Positions 61,615 through 64,000 of a stretch of 64,000 bases of DNA are shown piece after piece. The stretch comes from an uncultured delta proteobacterium (GTDB lineage Bacteria > Myxococcota_A > Polyangia > Polyangiales > Polyangiaceae). The stretch's first letter is position 1, and the number at the start of each line of letters is the position of its first letter. A program made the position numbers and the translations under genes. The notes under the pieces are model-generated. The model ran no database searches. It was not told the DNA's origin and was given only the letters and a program-made list of their open reading frames with translations. The DNA is taken from NCBI GenBank assembly GCA_963806225.1, contig CAWDXG010000001.1:1216001-1280000 (forward strand), written 5' to 3'.

Positions 61615-63255
61615 TCAGTCGCCGATCTTCCGTCGTTCCTTCGCGAAGATGTCGACGATGGGCTGCTCCTGCAGCGTGTTCGTCGGCGAAGCGCGACTGA
61701 CGCGGAGGTCGCGCGGCATGATGAATAGATCGGCGAGCGTCTTCGGCGTGAGGTAGCTCAGGCCGGTGGGGACGCGCGTGGGCAGCGGCACCGGATGGGT
61801 CGCGCACAGCACGAAGCCCCAGTCGCCGAAGGTGGGGACGGCGGCGTGGTAGGGCCGCGTATCGAGGCCGGCGCTCTGGATCGTGCGCAGGATGCTGTCG
61901 AAGGTGCGCGGCGAGCTGAACGCGCTGGTCGCCTGCACCACGGCAACGCCGCCGGGCGCGATGCGACGCGCGAGCTGCCGGTAGAAGTAGTGCGTGTAGT
62001 TCTTGCTGTCGGCGTAGCCCCAGGGATCGGGCAGGTCGACAATAACGGCGTCGAAGCGCGAGCTCCCGTCCCTGAGCCACGCGATGGGCTCGCGCTGGAT
62101 CACGTGCACCTTGTCCGAGCGCATCGCGTCGCGTGAGCGATCGCGGAGCCAGCGCTGCTCGCGCGCGAGCCTGGCGACGGTGGCGTCGACCACGACGGCC
62201 GTGACCGACTGCACCGCGGGGTGGCGCAGGATCTCGCGGGCGGCCATGCCGTCGGCCGAGCCGAGCACCAGCACGCGCCGCGGGTGAGCGACGGCGCCGA
62301 GCACGGGGTGCACGAGCGCCTCGTAGTAGCGCGGCTCGTCCAGGCTGGACACTTTCAGGTGACCGTCGACGAACAGCTCGAAGTTCTGTTGCCCGGAGGT
62401 GACGACGAAGGTCTGGCGGTCCGTGTGCCGCGCGTAGACGATCTCGTTGACGTAGTGGTGGTGGTCGGCGAGCGGTACGACGCGCTGCCACGCCGCGAAC
62501 AGGCCAAGGCCGGCGACGAAGACGAGCCCCGCCGCGCCCTGGCCGAGGCGCGGATGGCGGAGCGGGTGGCGCTCGAGGAAGAACCAGAGCGCGCTCCACC
62601 AGCCGCCGAGCACCGCGAGCACCAGCGCGATGGCCGCGCCGGCGCGCGGCAGGCCGATCAGTGTCGCCGAGCCGGCCGCGATCCCCAGCGCGAGCGCGAT
62701 GGCCAGCAGCCGGAACGGGTTGACCAGGCGTGACAGCGCACCGAGCTGGCGCACCGGACGCGCGAGCAGCAGCCAGCCGCTGCGGGCGCCCGCTCCCAAC
62801 AGCAGGCCTGCGACGACCGGCAGCGCCAGCACCGCGATGTTGAAGAGCCGCGGGCGCTCGAAGGCGAAGAACAGCGCTGGCGCCGCCGCGCCGGTGACGA
62901 GCGCTAGCGCGAGGACCAGCGCCGGGAAGCGCTGCGGCAGTGCGGCGGTGCGGCGCCGCAGCGCGAACCAGCCGGAGAGCGTCGCAGCAGCGCCCAGCGC
63001 CTCGGCGAGCCACAGCGCCGGACCGGAGCCCGGATCGAGATAGACGAGGAGCAGCCGCCCGAACAGCTGGTGGGCGGCGGCGAGCAGCGCCACGACCAGG
63101 AGCAGCACGTAGTAGAAAACGGGGCGCGCGGCGTCGACGTGCTCGCCCGCCTGGGCGCCGGGGTGCGCGTAGCCGGCGGGCGCGCCGCTTGTGTCTGATC
63201 CGGTAGCGCGGCTCGTGTCCCCGGCGGGGCCGGTGTCGTCCCCGCTACTTGCCAC
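61615..63255 (-). CDS. Membrane-anchored polyamine aminopropyltransferase (spermidine synthase)-like protein
   Basis: N-terminal TM helices, then DE.RY.EALVHP, RVLVLG..DG...REIL, FD.VIVDLPDP, VP.FGDWGF. Start is uncertain. Confidence 0.85.
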   Translation of the reverse strand: MASSGDDTGPAGDTSRATGSDTSGAPAGYAHPGAQAGEHVDAARPVFYYVLLLVVALLAAAHQLFGRLLLVYLDPGSGPALWLAEALGAAATLSGWFALRRRTAALPQRFPALVLALALVTGAAAPALFFAFERPRLFNIAVLALPVVAGLLLGAGARSGWLLLARPVRQLGALSRLVNPFRLLAIALALGIAAGSATLIGLPRAGAAIALVLAVLGGWWSALWFFLERHPLRHPRLGQGAAGLVFVAGLGLFAAWQRVVPLADHHHYVNEIVYARHTDRQTFVVTSGQQNFELFVDGHLKVSSLDEPRYYEALVHPVLGAVAHPRRVLVLGSADGMAAREILRHPAVQSVTAVVVDATVARLAREQRWLRDRSRDAMRSDKVHVIQREPIAWLRDGSSRFDAVIVDLPDPWGYADSKNYTHYFYRQLARRIAPGGVAVVQATSAFSSPRTFDSILRTIQSAGLDTRPYHAAVPTFGDWGFVLCATHPVPLPTRVPTGLSYLTPKTLADLFIMPRDLRVSRASPTNTLQEQPIVDIFAKERRKIGD

Positions 63256-64000
63256 CGTAGTAGACGCCGGAGCCGCCGCGGTAGGAGCTGCCGCTGGAGT
63301 AGCCACCGCCGCCACCGCCGGCACACGATCCGCACGCGCCGAGCATGCAGATGATGAGGATGATGCTGACGACGAAGACGAGCACGAGCGTGGAGCTGCA
63401 GCCGGTGTTCCCGCCGCCGCCCGCGGCCATCATGCCGCCGCCTGAAGCGCCCTGGAACCGCCCGCCGGGTCCGTCGACGGGCAGGCCGAAGGACTGCGCG
63501 AGCACCGCCCACGGCACCTGCGCCGAATAGGTCCACTTGACCTCGCCGCCCTCGATGACCTCGCGCGACAGCACGTCGGTGCCGTTCACGAAGTCCATGA
63601 CCTGCGAGGTCTCGCCGAGCTGGGCCTTCCAGAACAGCTCGCCGAGCACGTAGTCGAGGCGCGCGTAGTTCTGGTTGCGCAGCGTGAAGTAGCGCCCGCC
63701 CCAGCCGACCTGCTGCGGCATGCCCCCGAGGTCGAGCTCGGCCAGGTTGGCATCTACCACCCACATCCAGCTGGTCTCGTCCTTGACCAGCCAGCGGTAG
63801 CCGACGCTCTGATTCCAGAGGCAGTACTCTTCCCAGGAGAAGGTCTCGCCGTCGAAGTCGGTGCTGCGCCGCATGTAGGCGATGCAGATGTATTCAAGGC
63901 CCTCGAAGGTGCCGCGCGATCCGATCGGGATCTCCGGCATCTGCATCGCGGCCTGCTGCTGCGCGATGACCTGCTGCGCGGCGATGTCGCTGACCGCGCC
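63245..64000 (-). CDS. DUF4178-like domain protein (5' part outside the window)
   Basis: G.RG.F.G..Y...AYMRR...WEEY.L.....GYRWLV...YV.GE.FWK..LGE; C-terminal TM helix and Gly/Ser tail ending GGK. Confidence 0.8.
   Translation of the reverse strand, partial: GAVSDIAAQQVIAQQQAAMQMPEIPIGSRGTFEGLEYICIAYMRRSTDFDGETFSWEEYCLWNQSVGYRWLVKDETSWMWVVDANLAELDLGGMPQQVGWGGRYFTLRNQNYARLDYVLGELFWKAQLGETSQVMDFVNGTDVLSREVIEGGEVKWTYSAQVPWAVLAQSFGLPVDGPGGRFQGASGGGMMAAGGGGNTGCSSTLVLVFVVSIILIICMLGACGSCAGGGGGGYSSGSSYRGGSGVYYGGK

Overview
This is a very GC-rich bacterial window, inferred to come from a myxobacterium (Myxococcota, probably Polyangia-like) from its MglA GTPase, Hanks-type kinases and Gly/Cys-rich lipoproteins. 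The left end carries the tmRNA gene (tag ANDNAIALAA) with the edge of an integrative element beside its 3' end: an excisionase-like HTH gene and an internally shortened tyrosine integrase. The rest is mostly accessory metabolic, envelope and signalling genes: a K+ channel, GH92, vWA plus HEAT-repeat genes, LMF, NDH-2, panE, SCO, purEK, M28 peptidase, GMC oxidoreductase, an orphan HxsB radical SAM, pgpA, bioA, a TetR-RND-TolC-MMPL operon, trxC, a TerB-like gene coupled to mglA, and a DUF4178/spermidine-synthase-like pair. The most unusual DNA is the 2.7 kb between the K+ channel and GH92 genes. It holds a G-rich modular microsatellite, 21 tandem 72-bp palindromic units with five shuffled biallelic sites, and a ~130-bp element that recurs at 15.9 kb and shares a core motif with the array unit. 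Other REP-like families occur at 12.1/58.7 kb and 57.4 kb. Many single-base frameshifts are probably sequencing or assembly errors. All functional calls come from motif recognition by eye; no database searches were run.
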